In this document: positions 26,518 through 40,109 of the stretch, piece after piece
Layout: each line of letters begins with the position of its first letter
How positions within the stretch are numbered: the stretch's first letter is position 1
Source of the DNA: Dictyostelium discoideum
Taxonomy: Eukaryota
Direction of reading: 5' to 3'
Length of the DNA: 64,000 nt
Assembly (NCBI GenBank): GCA_000004695.1
Contig: CM000154.2
Location: forward strand, 2,944,001 to 3,008,000
The notes under the pieces: model-generated
The model's input: the letters and a program-made list of their open reading frames with translations, nothing else
Told to the model about the DNA's origin: nothing
Database searches by the model: none
Position numbers and translations under genes: made by a program

Positions 26518-27312
26518 ATTTTGAAATTAGTGATTTTTAACGCATAAAAATATTTGAAATATTTTTTTAATTCGAAATTTTAATGTAAATTTGATTCTCA
26601 TTATTTAATTTAAGTTGAAAACATTGAGTAATAATTAAAAAAATATTAAATAAATATTAAACAAAGGTGGTTTCTACAAAAAAAAATTTCCAACACACCA
26701 ACAATTTTTTTTCACCATTCCAATTATTTCCATGTTTTGAGCCAATGATGGCACTTCCAAGTATAAACAATTAAATTTTTTAATTGCTGAACTAAATCAC
26801 CAGTACATGCACTCCAATCGCCATATTACCAATTATATTAAATCACATGATTAACCCTATAAGGATTTTGAATATTTGGAACAACATTGTAGATTTCACA
26901 AAAATATTAATGTTATTGTGTTTGTAAGCCATTTATAATTAAGGGCAACTATCCAAAAACTATTATTGATAAAATTGAAATTTTCAACATTATTTTGATT
27001 GTTATGATTCTTTTTTTCTTTTTTTTTTTTTTTTATAATAACACAATGAAATTTTTAAAAATAATACCAAATCATTAGAATTTCTTTAGATTATATAATT
27101 GGTTTATTAATTTGGTGAAGGTTATTTTTTTTTCAAATTATTAACTTCTTTTCAAAAAAACCGATAAAAACTTATTTGTTTTTAAAAAAAAAAAAAAAAA
27201 TTCCCATTAATTTAAGTTTCTGTACACTGTTTAAAATAATAAAAAAATATCTTTTAATTCCCACCTCGAGGTTTAGCCCGAAATTTTTTAGTAAAGTCTC
27301 GAATTTTTCAGC

Positions 27313-27354
<42 letters not shown>

Positions 27355-27495
27355 AAATCAAGAAAAATCTTGTTACATTTCATAATAATAATTATATTTT
27401 TTTTTTTTTTTCTCCAATACCAACAATTTTTTTGTTTTTATATTTTTATTTTTTTTTAATTTTTTATTTCCAACAATTGAAAAAAAAAAAAAAAA

Positions 27496-28644
27496 ATGAA
27501 TAAATTAATATTAAATGTTCTATTTATAGCAATAATTATTTGTGGTGTTGTAAATTCTTTAGGTTTTACAAGTACAACAACATTAATTGTTGATGTAACT
27601 CAAAATAACCAATATCCAAAATATGGAACATGTGGTACTGCCAGTAAAACATGTAATAATATTCAAGATGCAATTAATTATTATAATAGAATTTCCCAAA
27701 ATTCCAATATCCAACAATTAAATTTATTATTAGCCGATGGTGTATTTAATAATACAAATAATTTTATTGAATTTAAAAAATTCAATACAACTATTTCTCC
27801 ATTAAATGTTGGATCTGAAAATGTAATTTTCGATGGTTCAGTAGGTACTAAATCCAAGGAAACCCTATTCTCATTTGTCAGCTCAACAATTTGGATTACC
27901 GGTATTCAATTTGTTAATTTCCAAAGTGAAAGTTCTTTAATCTATAGTGAATCTGGCCAAATCAATATTGACCAATGCTCTTTCAAAAATGTTTCAAGTA
28001 AAGATGGCACTGTTTATTTAAAGAGTTCAAATAGTTTAATCTCAAATACAATTTTCACATCAAACTCTGTCAAGAAAACTTCCGATTCCGCCTCAGTTAT
28101 CAGCTTTTTCACAAGCTACACAAATAAATTCATAATCTCCAAATGCCAATTCAACAATAATGTCGCATTGAATGGCGGTGCCATTTACGCCAAAAACACT
28201 GCACTTATTACTGTTCCAGATCCACTTGTGTCCTTGATTGAGAATACCCTTTTCAATGGTAATGTTGCAAGTGGAAAAGGCGGTGCACTCTACACTGACA
28301 ATATTCTATTAATCGTCGATTCAAATGTTTTCACTAATAACACCTCACCAACTGGTAGTATTATTAATTTAAACAATGGTCTTATGAATATTACCTCTTC
28401 TTCATTCTACTCTGGAACTAGTTTAAACTATTTCTTATCAACTATTATCTATACAACTAAATCAGATTTAAATATTGATGATAGTACTTTTGATAGAAGT
28501 TTTTCAGTTGCAATTAATTGTGATTCTTCAACTGTTATAACTCAAAATAATAATCTTTCACTCAGATTAGTTTGTTATAATTGTATTTCAATTATTGAAG
28601 GTACTCAAGATTGTCAAGGAGTTCCAAAAAATTTAGATTACTAA
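27496..28644 (+). CDS. Secreted protein with parallel beta-helix / polymorphic-membrane-protein (PMP)-like repeats
   Basis: Signal peptide MNKLILNVLFIAIIICGVVNSLG. Repeated GGAIYAKNTALITV, NGNVASGKGGALYTDNILLIV and FTNNTSPTGSIINL motifs (GGA[IL]Y...N..F.N) are typical of PMP/pectin-lyase-like beta-helix repeats. Single exon. Confidence 0.55.
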   Translation: MNKLILNVLFIAIIICGVVNSLGFTSTTTLIVDVTQNNQYPKYGTCGTASKTCNNIQDAINYYNRISQNSNIQQLNLLLADGVFNNTNNFIEFKKFNTTISPLNVGSENVIFDGSVGTKSKETLFSFVSSTIWITGIQFVNFQSESSLIYSESGQINIDQCSFKNVSSKDGTVYLKSSNSLISNTIFTSNSVKKTSDSASVISFFTSYTNKFIISKCQFNNNVALNGGAIYAKNTALITVPDPLVSLIENTLFNGNVASGKGGALYTDNILLIVDSNVFTNNTSPTGSIINLNNGLMNITSSSFYSGTSLNYFLSTIIYTTKSDLNIDDSTFDRSFSVAINCDSSTVITQNNNLSLRLVCYNCISIIEGTQDCQGVPKNLDY

Positions 28645-29031
28645 TCAAAAAAAAAAAAATAATAAATAATTAAAAAAATTGTACAGAAAAAAAAAGAATA
28701 TTAATTTATTGATGATTTATTATTACTTTTTTTTTTTTTTGTATTTTTTTTATTTTTGGTTCACTTAAAAATTTTTATTTATTATTCTTATTTTATTTTT
28801 ATTTACAAATAATTTTTATTTTCTTTTTTTTTTTTTTTTTTTTCTTTTTTTATTTGATGTAAATGAAGTTTTTTTTTTTTTTCTTTTTTTTTTTTTTTTA
28901 TTATTTTGTACAAAGAGGTTATTTTCATTTTAAAATTTACTATGATCGCCATCATTTATCATTATTATTATAATAATTTTTCCTTTTTTCTTTTTTTCTG
29001 TCTGTTTTTTTTTCCATCTTTTTTTCTGTTT

Positions 29032-29062
<31 letters not shown>

Positions 29063-29075
29063 TATTATTATAGTT

Positions 29076-29266
29076 TTAATGATGAGGAGAATTTGGTGTA
29101 TTTGATTGAATATGGATATGATGATGATGATGATTTTGAATATTTGGGCCTAAAAATTTTCTAATTCTCTTAATTAAATCTGCTTTAACTTGTGGTGGTA
29201 CTTTTTCTAAAATTTGTTAATTTTGGGAATTAGTAAAAATATATATGGAAAATAAAAATAAAAAAA

Positions 29267-29333
<67 letters not shown>

Positions 29334-29749
29334 ATACTTTTAGCAATTGGTGTTATGAGTGCAATTAAATCTTCAATTTTAAAGTTTTCATTTTGATTAT
29401 TTTTAATATATTCACGACATGCAATTTTTACTTCATCTCTCCAACCACCTTCAACTAATTTACTCTTTAATAAAACCTTTAATCTTTCTTTTTCTCCTGA
29501 TTCTATAAGTTTTTGATGTATAGTTGATCTTAATTTGATATGACTAATTAAAATAATTATAAAAATAATAGAAAACAAAGAAAAAAAAAAATAATAAAAA
29601 AAAAAACGATAAAAAAAAAAATAAATAAAAAATAAAAAAAAAATTAAAAAGTTTTATTAGTATTTTAAATATGGAGTTAAAAAATTTAAGAAAAATTGTC
29701 ATATGAATACTTACTCTTTTGGTAGAATTGTAGTTGTAGTAGATGCCAT
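29076..29749 (-). CDS. eny2: ENY2 / Sus1 homolog (transcription and mRNA export factor, SAGA/TREX-2 subunit); 3 exons
   Basis: Exons (minus): 29715-29749 (MASTTTTILPK, donor GTAAGT), 29338-29543 and 29076-29206. Introns are 171 and 131 bp. The second intron is the (TTTA)n/(AAAT)n tract and has a GTATTT donor and TTTTAG acceptor. The product ..HIKLRSTIHQKLIESGEKERLKVLLKSKLVEGGWRDEVKIACREYIKNN..NFKIEDLIALITPIAKKKVPPQVKADLIKRIRKFL.. aligns along its length with human ENY2 ([75 protein letters not shown]). Confidence 0.8.
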
Positions 29750-30233
29750 TTATGTATTTATGTTTTTTTGGTTATATGACTGATGTGTGTGGGTAGTATT
29801 TTACAAAAAAAATAAAAATAAAAATAAAAAAATAAAAAAAATAAAAAAAGAGAAAAAAAAATTATTTGAATTACTAAATTAAAAAATTAATAAAGTAAAA
29901 TGTCTTTTTGTTTCGGTATCGATGTGTGGCCCCCTAAAGAATTGTTTTTGGTTTTTTATTTTTTTTTTTTTTTGATTTTTTATTTTTGATTTTTTATTTT
30001 TTTGATTATTTCAAATACTTTTTTTATACAATTGAAATCTTTATGATAATGAAAACTAAAAGAAAAAAAAAATATCACAATTTTTTAACGGCAAAAAAAA
30101 AAAAAAAAAAAAAAAAGAATAAAAAAAAAAAGAATAAAAAAAAAAAAATTTTTTGGAAAAAAAAAAAAAAAAACAAAAATAAAAATAAAAAATAAAAAAA
30201 AATAAAAAAAAATGATCAATCAAATTTGTGGTC

Positions 30234-30333
30234 NNNNNNNNNNNNNNNNNNNNNNNNNNNNNNNNNNNNNNNNNNNNNNNNNNNNNNNNNNNNNNNNNNN
30301 NNNNNNNNNNNNNNNNNNNNNNNNNNNNNNNNN
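30234..30333. other. Assembly gap (100 N), intergenic, between the ENY2 and ankyrin-like genes
   Basis: Run of exactly 100 n. Confidence 1.
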
Positions 30334-30796
30334 TTTTTTTTAAAATCTGTGTTTTTTTGTGTAATATAATTATTATTATTATTATTATTATTTTTTTATT
30401 TAATTATTTTTATTTTTTTTTTTTTATTTTTTTTTTTTATGGAAATGGTTGTGTGTTTGTGTGTGGAATAATAATAGTTATTATTTTTTTTTTCTTTTCT
30501 TTTTATTTTATTTTTATTTTTTAATTTTTCTGAAAAAAAAAAAAAAAAAAAAAAAAAATTAAAAAAATCTATTCCAATTTTATAAATCAATTCTAATAAG
30601 AAACCAAATCTGAGTAATGAAATTATCTATTTGAGATTAATTTTAGATTTTTGTTCAATGAAAATAAGACATCAAATTGGTTTTATTTGAAAAAATTGAA
30701 AAAAAGAAAAAACTCGCAAAAAATTTTTTTTCAACACTTTTATTTTTTTTTTATTTTTTTTAATGCGAATCTAAAACATCTCTAATACACAAGAGA

Positions 30797-32608
30797 ATGA
30801 TCGATAATCTATTTTTTAATGTATTTCGAAATAAATATATAAGATCGATTATCGTTCGTTATCTATGTTCATATAATCATATTGATTATTATTTTTATTT
30901 TAATCAACAAATTGAACAAAAATTAATAAAACAACAAAAATATCAATATAAAAAAAATAATAATAATAATAATAAAAATAATGATAAAAATAATAATAAT
31001 AATTTTGAAGAATATCAAATTTATTTTGATAAAATAATTGAAATTAAAAATGAATTAAAAATTAAAAAATATATTGAAATTAATGAATTAGAATGGATAG
31101 TAAAAAATAAAAAATTTTCAATACTTCATGATAAATTGATAATGTATAAAAAAATAATTAAAAAACAAATAGTAAATGAAAATAGTAATAATTTTAAAAT
31201 TAAAATTACAGAAGATTCAATTTATCAATTTTTTGAATTTAATAATAATTTTAAATTATTTAAATTATTTTATAAACTTTATTTTAATGAAGAGAACCAT
31301 GGTGAATATTATTGTAAAACCAATACGAGGATTATTCAAAAAGCAGTTCAAAGTGGTAATATTGAAATTGTGAAATTCCTAGTTGAAAATGGATTTAAAT
31401 ATGATGGTGATTCATTAAGATTCGCATCATCCTATGGTTATTTCGATATACTGAAATGGTTGAACCAAACTGACCCAACCATTGAACTAGATGAGAATAT
31501 TATAAATTTTGCAAGAGGTGATCCAATCCAATATGAATATTTTAATGAGCAGGGTAAACCTGTTATTGGTATTAGAAATGTAGGATTGGAGATTATTCAA
31601 TATTTAAAATCGGTTAAGCCAAATTTAATATTCTCTCAAGATGCCATTGATTATAGTTGCATTAGTGGTAATGTTGATATGGTAGATTGGTTTTATAAAA
31701 ATGCAAATTTAAAATGCACTTTATTCGGTGTTGAAGGTGCTATCATTGGCAATCATTTAAAATTATTAAAATATTTATTATTAACAAAATCAAGTGGTAT
31801 AAATATGGTTGATTTAAATTCATCATTTAGTATTGATGAGTCAATTAAAAATGGTAATATTGAAATTGTGAAATATATATATGAAAAGTACTCTAAAAAA
31901 TGGTCAATTAAAGGTATTGAAAATTCGGTTAAAAAGAATCATTTTGAAATTTTAAAATATATTTTATCAATTGAATTAAATAATAATGAAAATTCAATTA
32001 TTAAAAATCCAAACTTAAATTACTCAATTTTAGATTCCGCATTTTGTGGTGGTGATTTAAATATATTAGAATATTTAATTAATAATAATTTTAATAATTC
32101 ATTTAAATCTTTATTAAATGCAACAAAATTTAATCATGATTTAAATGTTTTAAAATTATTATTAAATAATAATAATTTAATTTTAAAATTTTCACAATTT
32201 AATTTTTTACAAGCAATTCAAAATTCAGTTTTAAATAAAAATTTAGATTCAATAAATTATTTAATTGAAATTAAAAATAATTTATATAATAATAATAATA
32301 ATAATAATATAAATCCTTATAATACATCATCATCAACATTAGAAACTAATGAATTTTTAAAAATGATTGATAGATGTATTATTACAAAAGATTTAGTAAT
32401 TTTAAAGATATTAATAGAGAAATTAAATTTTGAATTTAATTATAGAAAAGATTTAATTTTATCAAATGCAGCATTAAATAATTGTTTAGAAATTATTGAA
32501 TATCTTTTATCATTATCAAATTTTAATTTTAAAATTTTACCAACTACAATATTAATGTCTGGTAATATTACAACTGCAAAACTTCTTTATAATTATTATT
32601 GTTTAAAA

Positions 32609-32663
<55 letters not shown>

Positions 32664-33217
32664 TACCAATTAAATTATCATTTAATATTAATCATAATAA
32701 AATTTTAAATAATTTAAATTTAATTAAATATCATTTCTTTAGAAATGATTGGAATTTTATAAATGAAGATGAAATTATTAAATTTGCATCTGTACCAAAT
32801 AATGTTGAAGTTTTAAAATTTTTAAAGAAAATTAATTCAAATCATTATGGTAAAGAATATAAATTTTCAACTAAAGTACTTTCAAAAGCTTGTTTTTCAA
32901 ATTCAATTGAAAATGTTATATTTATAAATGAAAATTTAAATAAAGAAACAGTTGATGAATGTCCAGTAATTGATAGTTCTGTTGATAATTTAGAAATTAC
33001 AAAATATTTACATTATCAAACAATTATTAATAATTATAAAAATTGGTGCACCACAAAATCTATTGACACTGCTGCTGAATTAAATAATTTTAATACAGTT
33101 TTATTTTTATTAGAAAATAGAAATGAAGGTTATTCTACTGATGTTTTCACTTCTGAAACAATTCATCATTCAATTTTAAAATTATTAAATTCTTTTAAAC
33201 ATTTATTAAAAAAATAA
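30797..33217 (+). CDS. Large N/I/K-rich protein with degenerate ankyrin-like repeats
   Basis: Single 806-aa ORF. Repeating about 33-aa units are present: ...IIQKAVQSGNIEIVKFLVENGFKYD, GDSLRFASSYGYFDILKWLNQ, CISGNVDMVDWFYKN, IKNGNIEIVKYIYEKY... (G-N-[IV]-[ED]-[IM]-V-K-[FWY]-L spacing typical of ANK helices). Poly-N linkers separate them. Confidence 0.45.
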
Positions 33218-33520
33218 AAAAATAAATAAAAATAAAAAAAATTATAAAAAAATAAAAAAAATTATAAAAAAATAAATAAATTAATTTAATAATAATAATA
33301 ATAATTAAAAATATAAAATTAAATAAATAAATTAATTTTAAAATTTTTTTTTTTTATTTTATTTTTTTATTTTTATTTTCTTTTCTTTTTATCTTTATAT
33401 ATTACTGAAGGATTTTTAAAAAAAAAATTTGCGATGCCATATTATTATTATCTTCTATTTTTTTGATATTATTATTATTTGATTTGATTTGATTTTTTTT
33501 TTTTTTTTTTAAGATTTAAT

Positions 33521-34795
33521 TTAATTTAAAATTTCAGAAATAACACCAGCACCAACAGTTAATTGACCTTCTCTGATGGCGAAACGACCATTAATTGATA
33601 ATGGAGTTGGTGAGATAAGTTCAACAGTGAATTCAAGAGAATCACCTGGTAAAATGACGGCATGAGTTGGTGGGAGTTCGATCATACCAGTGACATTTGC
33701 AGTTCTAATGAAGAATTGTGGTCTGTAACCAGTGGCGAAACCTTTCTTTCTACCACCTTCAGCTTCAGTGAGTACGTAGGTCTTGGCCTTGAATTTGGTT
33801 GAGGCTTTGATTGTACCTGGTTTAGAGATGACTTCACCTCTTAAGACTTCTTCACGTTTCAAACCTCTTAATAAACAACCGACGTTTTCACCAGCTTGAG
33901 CGAAATCTAATAATTTACCAAACATTTCAATACCGGTGACGGCAACCTTTGGAACTGGTTTGATACCAACGATGGCAACTTCTTCACCGACCTTGAGGGT
34001 ACCTTGTTCGATACGACCAGTGGCGACAGTACCACGACCAGAGATGGAGAAAACTTCTTCGACTGGCATGAGGAATGGTTTATCGACGGCACGATGTGGT
34101 AATGGGATTTTAGTATCGAGGACTTCGACGAGTTCATCAATGGCTTTTCTACCGTATTGGGTGGCGGTTTCGTTGGTTTCAGCGAGAGCGACGGCGGCGG
34201 CACCTTTAACGAATGGGGTTTCATCACCGTTGAAACCATATTGTGATAAGAGTTCACGGACTTCCATCTCGACGATTTCAACGAGATCTGGGTCGGCGTT
34301 ATCCATCTTATTTAAAAAAACAACTAAAGCTGGAATACCAACTTCACGTGATAAAATGATGTGTTCACGAGTTTGTTCTTGTGGACCGTCTGGTGCTGAT
34401 ACTACGAGAATAGCACCATCCATTTGAGCGGCACCAGTAATCATATTTTTAATGTAATGTTGATGGCCTGGACAATCGATGTGTGCATAATGACGAGTTG
34501 CTGATTCGTACTCAATGTGTGATGCTGTGATTGTAATACCACGAGCTTTCTCTTCTGGTGATTTATCGATTTGTGCGTATGATTTAAAGTTGGCTAAACC
34601 ACGATCTGATAATGTCTTGGTGATTGCTGCTGTTAAGGTGGTTTTACCATGATCGACGTGACCAATGGTACCTACGTTAACGTGTGGTTTGGTACGTTCG
34701 AATTTCTTCTTTTCTGCTGCCATTGAAATTGATGTTGACTTGAATGTTCTTACAAGTTTAACATTTTGATTTGATGCAAATAATCTTGAAATCAT
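33521..34795 (-). CDS. tufM: Elongation factor Tu, mitochondrial precursor
   Basis: Full-length EF-Tu: N-terminal presequence [24 protein letters not shown].., G1 [21 protein letters not shown]..; domains II/III ..[13 protein letters not shown].. ..[19 protein letters not shown]. Much higher GC and codon bias than its neighbours. Single exon. Confidence 0.92.
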   Translation of the reverse strand: MISRLFASNQNVKLVRTFKSTSISMAAEKKKFERTKPHVNVGTIGHVDHGKTTLTAAITKTLSDRGLANFKSYAQIDKSPEEKARGITITASHIEYESATRHYAHIDCPGHQHYIKNMITGAAQMDGAILVVSAPDGPQEQTREHIILSREVGIPALVVFLNKMDNADPDLVEIVEMEVRELLSQYGFNGDETPFVKGAAAVALAETNETATQYGRKAIDELVEVLDTKIPLPHRAVDKPFLMPVEEVFSISGRGTVATGRIEQGTLKVGEEVAIVGIKPVPKVAVTGIEMFGKLLDFAQAGENVGCLLRGLKREEVLRGEVISKPGTIKASTKFKAKTYVLTEAEGGRKKGFATGYRPQFFIRTANVTGMIELPPTHAVILPGDSLEFTVELISPTPLSINGRFAIREGQLTVGAGVISEILN

Positions 34796-34845
34796 TTTCT
34801 TATCAATTTATTGATTGATTATTTAATTAAATAAAAAAAAAAAAT

Positions 34846-34889
<44 letters not shown>

Positions 34890-35223
34890 AAAACGAATTT
34901 TTTTAAACTTTTTTTTTTTTTTTTTTAAAAAACGAAAAAAAAAAAAAAATAAAAAAATAAAAAATAAAAATAAAATAAAAATAAAACCGAACTACGAATT
35001 TTTTAAAAATAAATAAAATAAATAATAATTAAAAATGAACTTTTAAAATTTAATTTTTTTTATTTAAAATGAAAATTGTTTTTTTATTTTTTATTTTTTA
35101 TTTTTTTTTTGATGATTTTATTTTTAAAATGATATGTAAAAAAAAAAAAAAAAGTAATCAAAAAGAAAATAAATAAAATTTTTTTTCAAATAATAAATTT
35201 AAAATTGTTTAAAATTATTTAAA

Positions 35224-35257
<34 letters not shown>

Positions 35258-35487
35258 GAGACTGTTTAGTGATAAATAAAAAATTAATTAAAAAATATAT
35301 ATATATATATATTACTATTGATTATTTTTAGTAAAAGATATACAATTCCAATTATTTAATAGGCCAATTGAAAAGATCTTAAAAAAAAAAATAAAAAAAT
35401 AAACAAAATATATAAATGGAAAATAGATAAATGAAATATTTCATCTGATTTCAAGAAAAAATTCTTTTTTAAGATAATTTAATTTAT

Positions 35488-35521
<34 letters not shown>

Positions 35522-35592
35522 TTGTTTCCATATTTATTGGAAAATTTAATCAAAAAAAAAAAAAAAAAAATAAAATAATAAAAAATAAATAA

Positions 35593-35643
<51 letters not shown>

Positions 35644-36400
35644 TTTTTTTTCGGTTTTTAAAAATTTTTTTTTTTTTTTTTTTATTTTTTTTAAAAACCA
35701 AAAAAAAAAAAAAGAATTTATTTCTTTGTTGTTTCCCAATTCTTTATTCGTTCCAAAAAAAAGCACACAAAAAAAAAAAAAAAAAAAAAAATATATTTTC
35801 ACTAGTATCAAATAATAATTAAATTTATTATCACACATAAAATTTTCACCTTTTTCTTATCCTTTAACCAATTTAAAAAGAATTAATAAATATAAAGAGT
35901 TTCAAAACACATATAAAAGGAAAAAAAATAAAAATAAATAAAAAAAAAAAAAAATAAACACAAATAAAAAAAAAAAGAGTTTTCATTTTAATATTATTTA
36001 GACCTTTTTTTTTTTTATTTTTTATTTTCGGCGTTAATTAATTAAATAAAAAAAAAAACCCAAGTAAATTATTTTTTTTAAAAAATTTACGAATTGATTA
36101 TAGAGTATTATTGAAATTTTAATTAATTGATAATAAATACTTGATTATTAATCGTCATTGATATAAAATCCTCTGTTTCTTTATAAAGGATTTTTATCAA
36201 TTTTCATACGAACGCACTTATACCCCTAAACGGAATTGTTGGTTTCATTCTTTGTTTTTTATTACCCTATACCATCACTTATTATTTCATTTTTGATAGA
36301 TTTGTAAATCTAACCCAAAAATTAATAATAATTTGGTCTTTGTGACAATAAGGATTTCAGGAATCAATACAAAAGTTAAAACTACCCGATTAATTTAAAA

Positions 36401-36431
<31 letters not shown>

Positions 36432-37033
36432 TTTACAAAAAAGGTAGGAGACCATAACAATTCCATGTTCATTAAAGGGATCATGACAATATAGTTTTTA
36501 TCTATATTAAGTTGTGTTGTGTGTTTTTTTTTTTTTATTTTTAAAAAAAAAAAACAATGTGTGTGTTTTTTTTTTTTTTTATTTTTTAAAAAAAAAACAG
36601 TGTGTGTTTTAAAATTTTTTATTTTTATTATTTTTAAAAAAAAGGAGGGAAAAAGAAATCAAATCAATCGTTTAATAATTATATTATTTATTTATTTTAT
36701 ATTTTTTTTTTTATTTTATTTTTTTTGTTTCGGTTTTTTTTTTTATGGTTATCTGTTTTTTTCCCCGATTTTCGTCGTTTTTTTTTTTTTTCTTTAAAAA
36801 ATTTTATTAATTTTAATTAAAATTAATAAAATTTTAATACTCGATTTTTTTTCTCAAAATTATTTTTAATTTTTTTTTTTTTTTTTTTATATGTTTTGTT
36901 TAAAATCTATAAAATATTTATTTATTTATTTTTTTTTTTTTTCTCAAAATTATTTTAATTTTAATTTTTTTTTTTATAAAACAAATGTAATATATTCTAA
37001 TGTTTAAATTTGTTTATTTATAAAATTTAAAGA

Positions 37034-39254
37034 ATGCCAATGGAAGTACACACACAACCAACTCAAACAAATACACCAACTACTGGAAATATACCATCAT
37101 ACGAGATACTATGGAATAAAGCTATATCAAGTTCAAAACCAAATTTAGCAGATTGTAAGTTTTTATCTATAGATAAATATATATTAAATATATTCATTAA
37201 AATTAAAATTAATATTAATTTTTTTAAAATTTTTTTTTTTTAAATAATAAATAGTAATAAATTTTGATTGGACACAATCAGAACAAACAGTTAATAATTT
37301 TGTAGATTTTTTAATTAATTTGGTAACATTTAAATCAACATTTGCATTTGAATGTTTTAGTTTATTAATATCAGCATTTGAACCATACAAAATTGCAATA
37401 AAGAATCAAAGTAAAGTTTCCTATGAAAAATGGGAATTAATTTCAATGAAAGTTCATTTTTCATTTAATAAAATTTTATCAGTCATTCCATTAAGTTCAT
37501 CGATTTTAGCAAAATTAATTGTAAATAAATTTCCACATAAATCACATCCAGCCGATGTACAACATTTCTATTTAAAGAATGCATTATATGTAACACGTTA
37601 TTGTTCATCTATAACGCAAACCATTGTATCGGCTGCCGTTTCATCTATGATTCAAATCGATGTTTCCATCTCATTGGATGAGATGCCAGATGATGAAGAT
37701 TTACAATTTGATATAGAAGGTAATGCAAGTACAAATACAGCCGAGGAGCAAGAAGGTAAAATCAATGCACAAAAGTTGGATATTCTAATGAATTTAATGT
37801 TGGATTATTTCGATGTAAGGTTTGGTCTAGCTAAAAAAGATTCTGGTAATATCTTTTATTTCGATGGTTGTGAACTTCAAGATAAGTCAACTCAAGATGA
37901 CCTTTTTGCAAATTTAGTTAAAATATTCGATCAAACCATTTTACCAACTTATAAATCAAAATATACTCAATACCTTTTATTTTATATTTGTCGTATTCAA
38001 CATTTACAAAGTCATTTTCCACCATTAAATACAAATCAATCTTTATTACAACAATTTCCATCGATTAGTGCAAATAATAATAATGGTTCTTCATCATCAA
38101 ATAATAATGGTGGTGGTGGTGGACCAACTATGATGAGTACATCACCAGTATTTTTAACACCATCATTTAATAAATTAGCACAACAACATTCACCAAATTT
38201 TAGAAAATCACCAAATAGTTTTGGTAATAGTAGTGGTTTTAATAATTATTCAACAACAAATAGTGGTTCACCAAAGAAATCATTTAAAAACTTTTTACAT
38301 ATTGAACCAGTTCAATTTAGTGGCACAAATCATCGTATACTATATGCTGAATCATTTATTAGATATCTTTTTGGTAAACTTTGTAATGAAACTATTCATT
38401 CAATGCATAGACATGCTTGTGCAGCTTATATTGGTGGATTCATATCAAGAGCATCGTTTTTACCATCACATATTACTAAATTGGTTTTCAAAGATTTACT
38501 TGGTTTTGCAATGGCCTATGTTGAACGTGTCGATGTAAAGAGTAATCCAAATATTTATCCAGATCCACATAATCATTCTTTATTCTATTCAGTTTGTCAA
38601 TCGATTTATTATATATTTTGCTTTAGAAATAGTGTAATTTTAGATTTTACTGATTTCAAGAACGATAAAAAAGATGAAAAACAACGTGAGTTTTGGCAAG
38701 ATCTTCATGCTGCCTTTAGAAAGATTAGTATGTCTCGTTTAAATCCTTTCAAGGTTTGTTTGAAATCAGTTGTACGTCAATTTTGTTGTGTTTGTTTACG
38801 TGTTGGTATCTTTACTAAATGTACTGGTATCTTAAAAACAAACAAGAATGTATTATTATCAAAATCAACAATCACTGGTAGTTCTGCTGCTCCAACCGTT
38901 TCAAATAATCAATTTGATTCTTTCTTTCCTTTTGATCCTTATCTTTTATTCCATAGTAGTAAATTCTTTGCAAACTCTTATATTCATTGGAAAGATATTC
39001 GTAAGGATGGTGATGAAGAGAATTTAGAAGATCTATCCGATCAAGAAACTGATGATGAAGATGATTTATTAGATAAACTCTCCTCAGAATCTGATGATTC
39101 GGAATTTTCAGATTTTGATGGTTCTGACTCTGATTCTGACTCTGATAAAGATTGTGAAGATTCTGATTCTGAAGTTGAACAATTAGCTACATCTTTACAA
39201 AATTTCACTCCTGAACTTTATGATCTTCATTATCATTTTAAACATCGTAATTAA
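37034..39254 (+). CDS. rrn3: RRN3 / TIF-IA homolog (RNA polymerase I-specific initiation factor); 2 exons
   Basis: Exon 1 is 37034-37154 (MPMEVHTQPTQTNTPTTGNIPSYEILWNKAISSSKPNLADC, donor GTAAGT at 37155). The intron is 100 bp. Exon 2 is 37255-39254. The conserved RRN3 core HRHACAAYIGGFISRASFLPSHITKLVFKDLLGFAMAYV...NHSLFYSVCQSIYYIFCFR matches human YLGSFLARAKFIP...FYSACQAVFYTFVFRH. The C-terminal tail is acidic and Ser-rich (DSDSDSDKDCEDSDSE). Confidence 0.75.
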
Positions 39255-40063
39255 TAATATAGTATAAAAAAAAAAGTATAAGTGTAAATTTTAATAAATA
39301 AATAAAAAAAAAAACAAAAAAAAAAAAAAAAATAAAAAGTAGTTGATTATCTTTATTTTGTATTTTTCTTTCTTTTTTTTTTTTTTTTTTTAATAATTTT
39401 AACCCAACTTAGGGTGTGTCCTATTTTTTTTATTAATTATTGTTAGTATTATTTTTTTATATTATTTGTTTATATAGTTAGTATTGAATATTCAGAAATA
39501 AGCAAGATTTTATAATAGATAAATTTGGTTCAACTCTGAGTCCCGCACGTGAAGATAAATTTTTCCATCATTTTTCATGATTTTGCATGTCTGCTTGAGG
39601 GTCTTTACTTCCATTTTTCTGATAAATTTTATTGATGAACATAATTTCTATTTGTATCAAAGTAAGAATTGGATGGGGATTAACCAAATTAACAAGATTC
39701 TCCAAATAGAAAATGAACCAATGCAACCGATTAACCAGATAAATTAGATAAATCAACCAAATGAAAAAATAAAATAAAAAAAATAAAATGGTCAAACAAG
39801 AAAACAATTACTTCACAAATTTCATTTACTATTATAAATAATCAAATAACTTTCCTAATTAATACAAATAAAAATAATTTATCTAAAATAAAAAAAAAAA
39901 TAAAGATTTTCAAATATCAATCCAATTAAATGAAGATGGTAGTTTCTGGATTATCCAGAAACTTAACTTTGTCAATAAAATTAAAATTAAATAAAAAATA
40001 AATAAATGAATAATAAATATAATAAAATAAATAAAAATAATAAATAAAATAAATAATGAATAA

Positions 40064-40094
<31 letters not shown>

Positions 40095-40109
40095 CTATTT
40101 ACATTTTAT

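Noticed and set aside
30228-30524. ORF 30228-30524 beginning 'MVXXXX...'
   Set aside because: It starts at a GTG and runs through the 100-N gap. The ORF finder allows GTG/TTG starts, so several listed 'M' starts are not ATG (e.g. 13346, 14816, 15893, 37320, 51702, 57963, 61109, 62803).
33907-34427. ORFs 33907-34281(-) and 33936-34427(+) inside tufM
   Set aside because: Out-of-frame and antisense ORFs produced by the GC-rich EF-Tu coding sequence. The EF-Tu frame explains the region.
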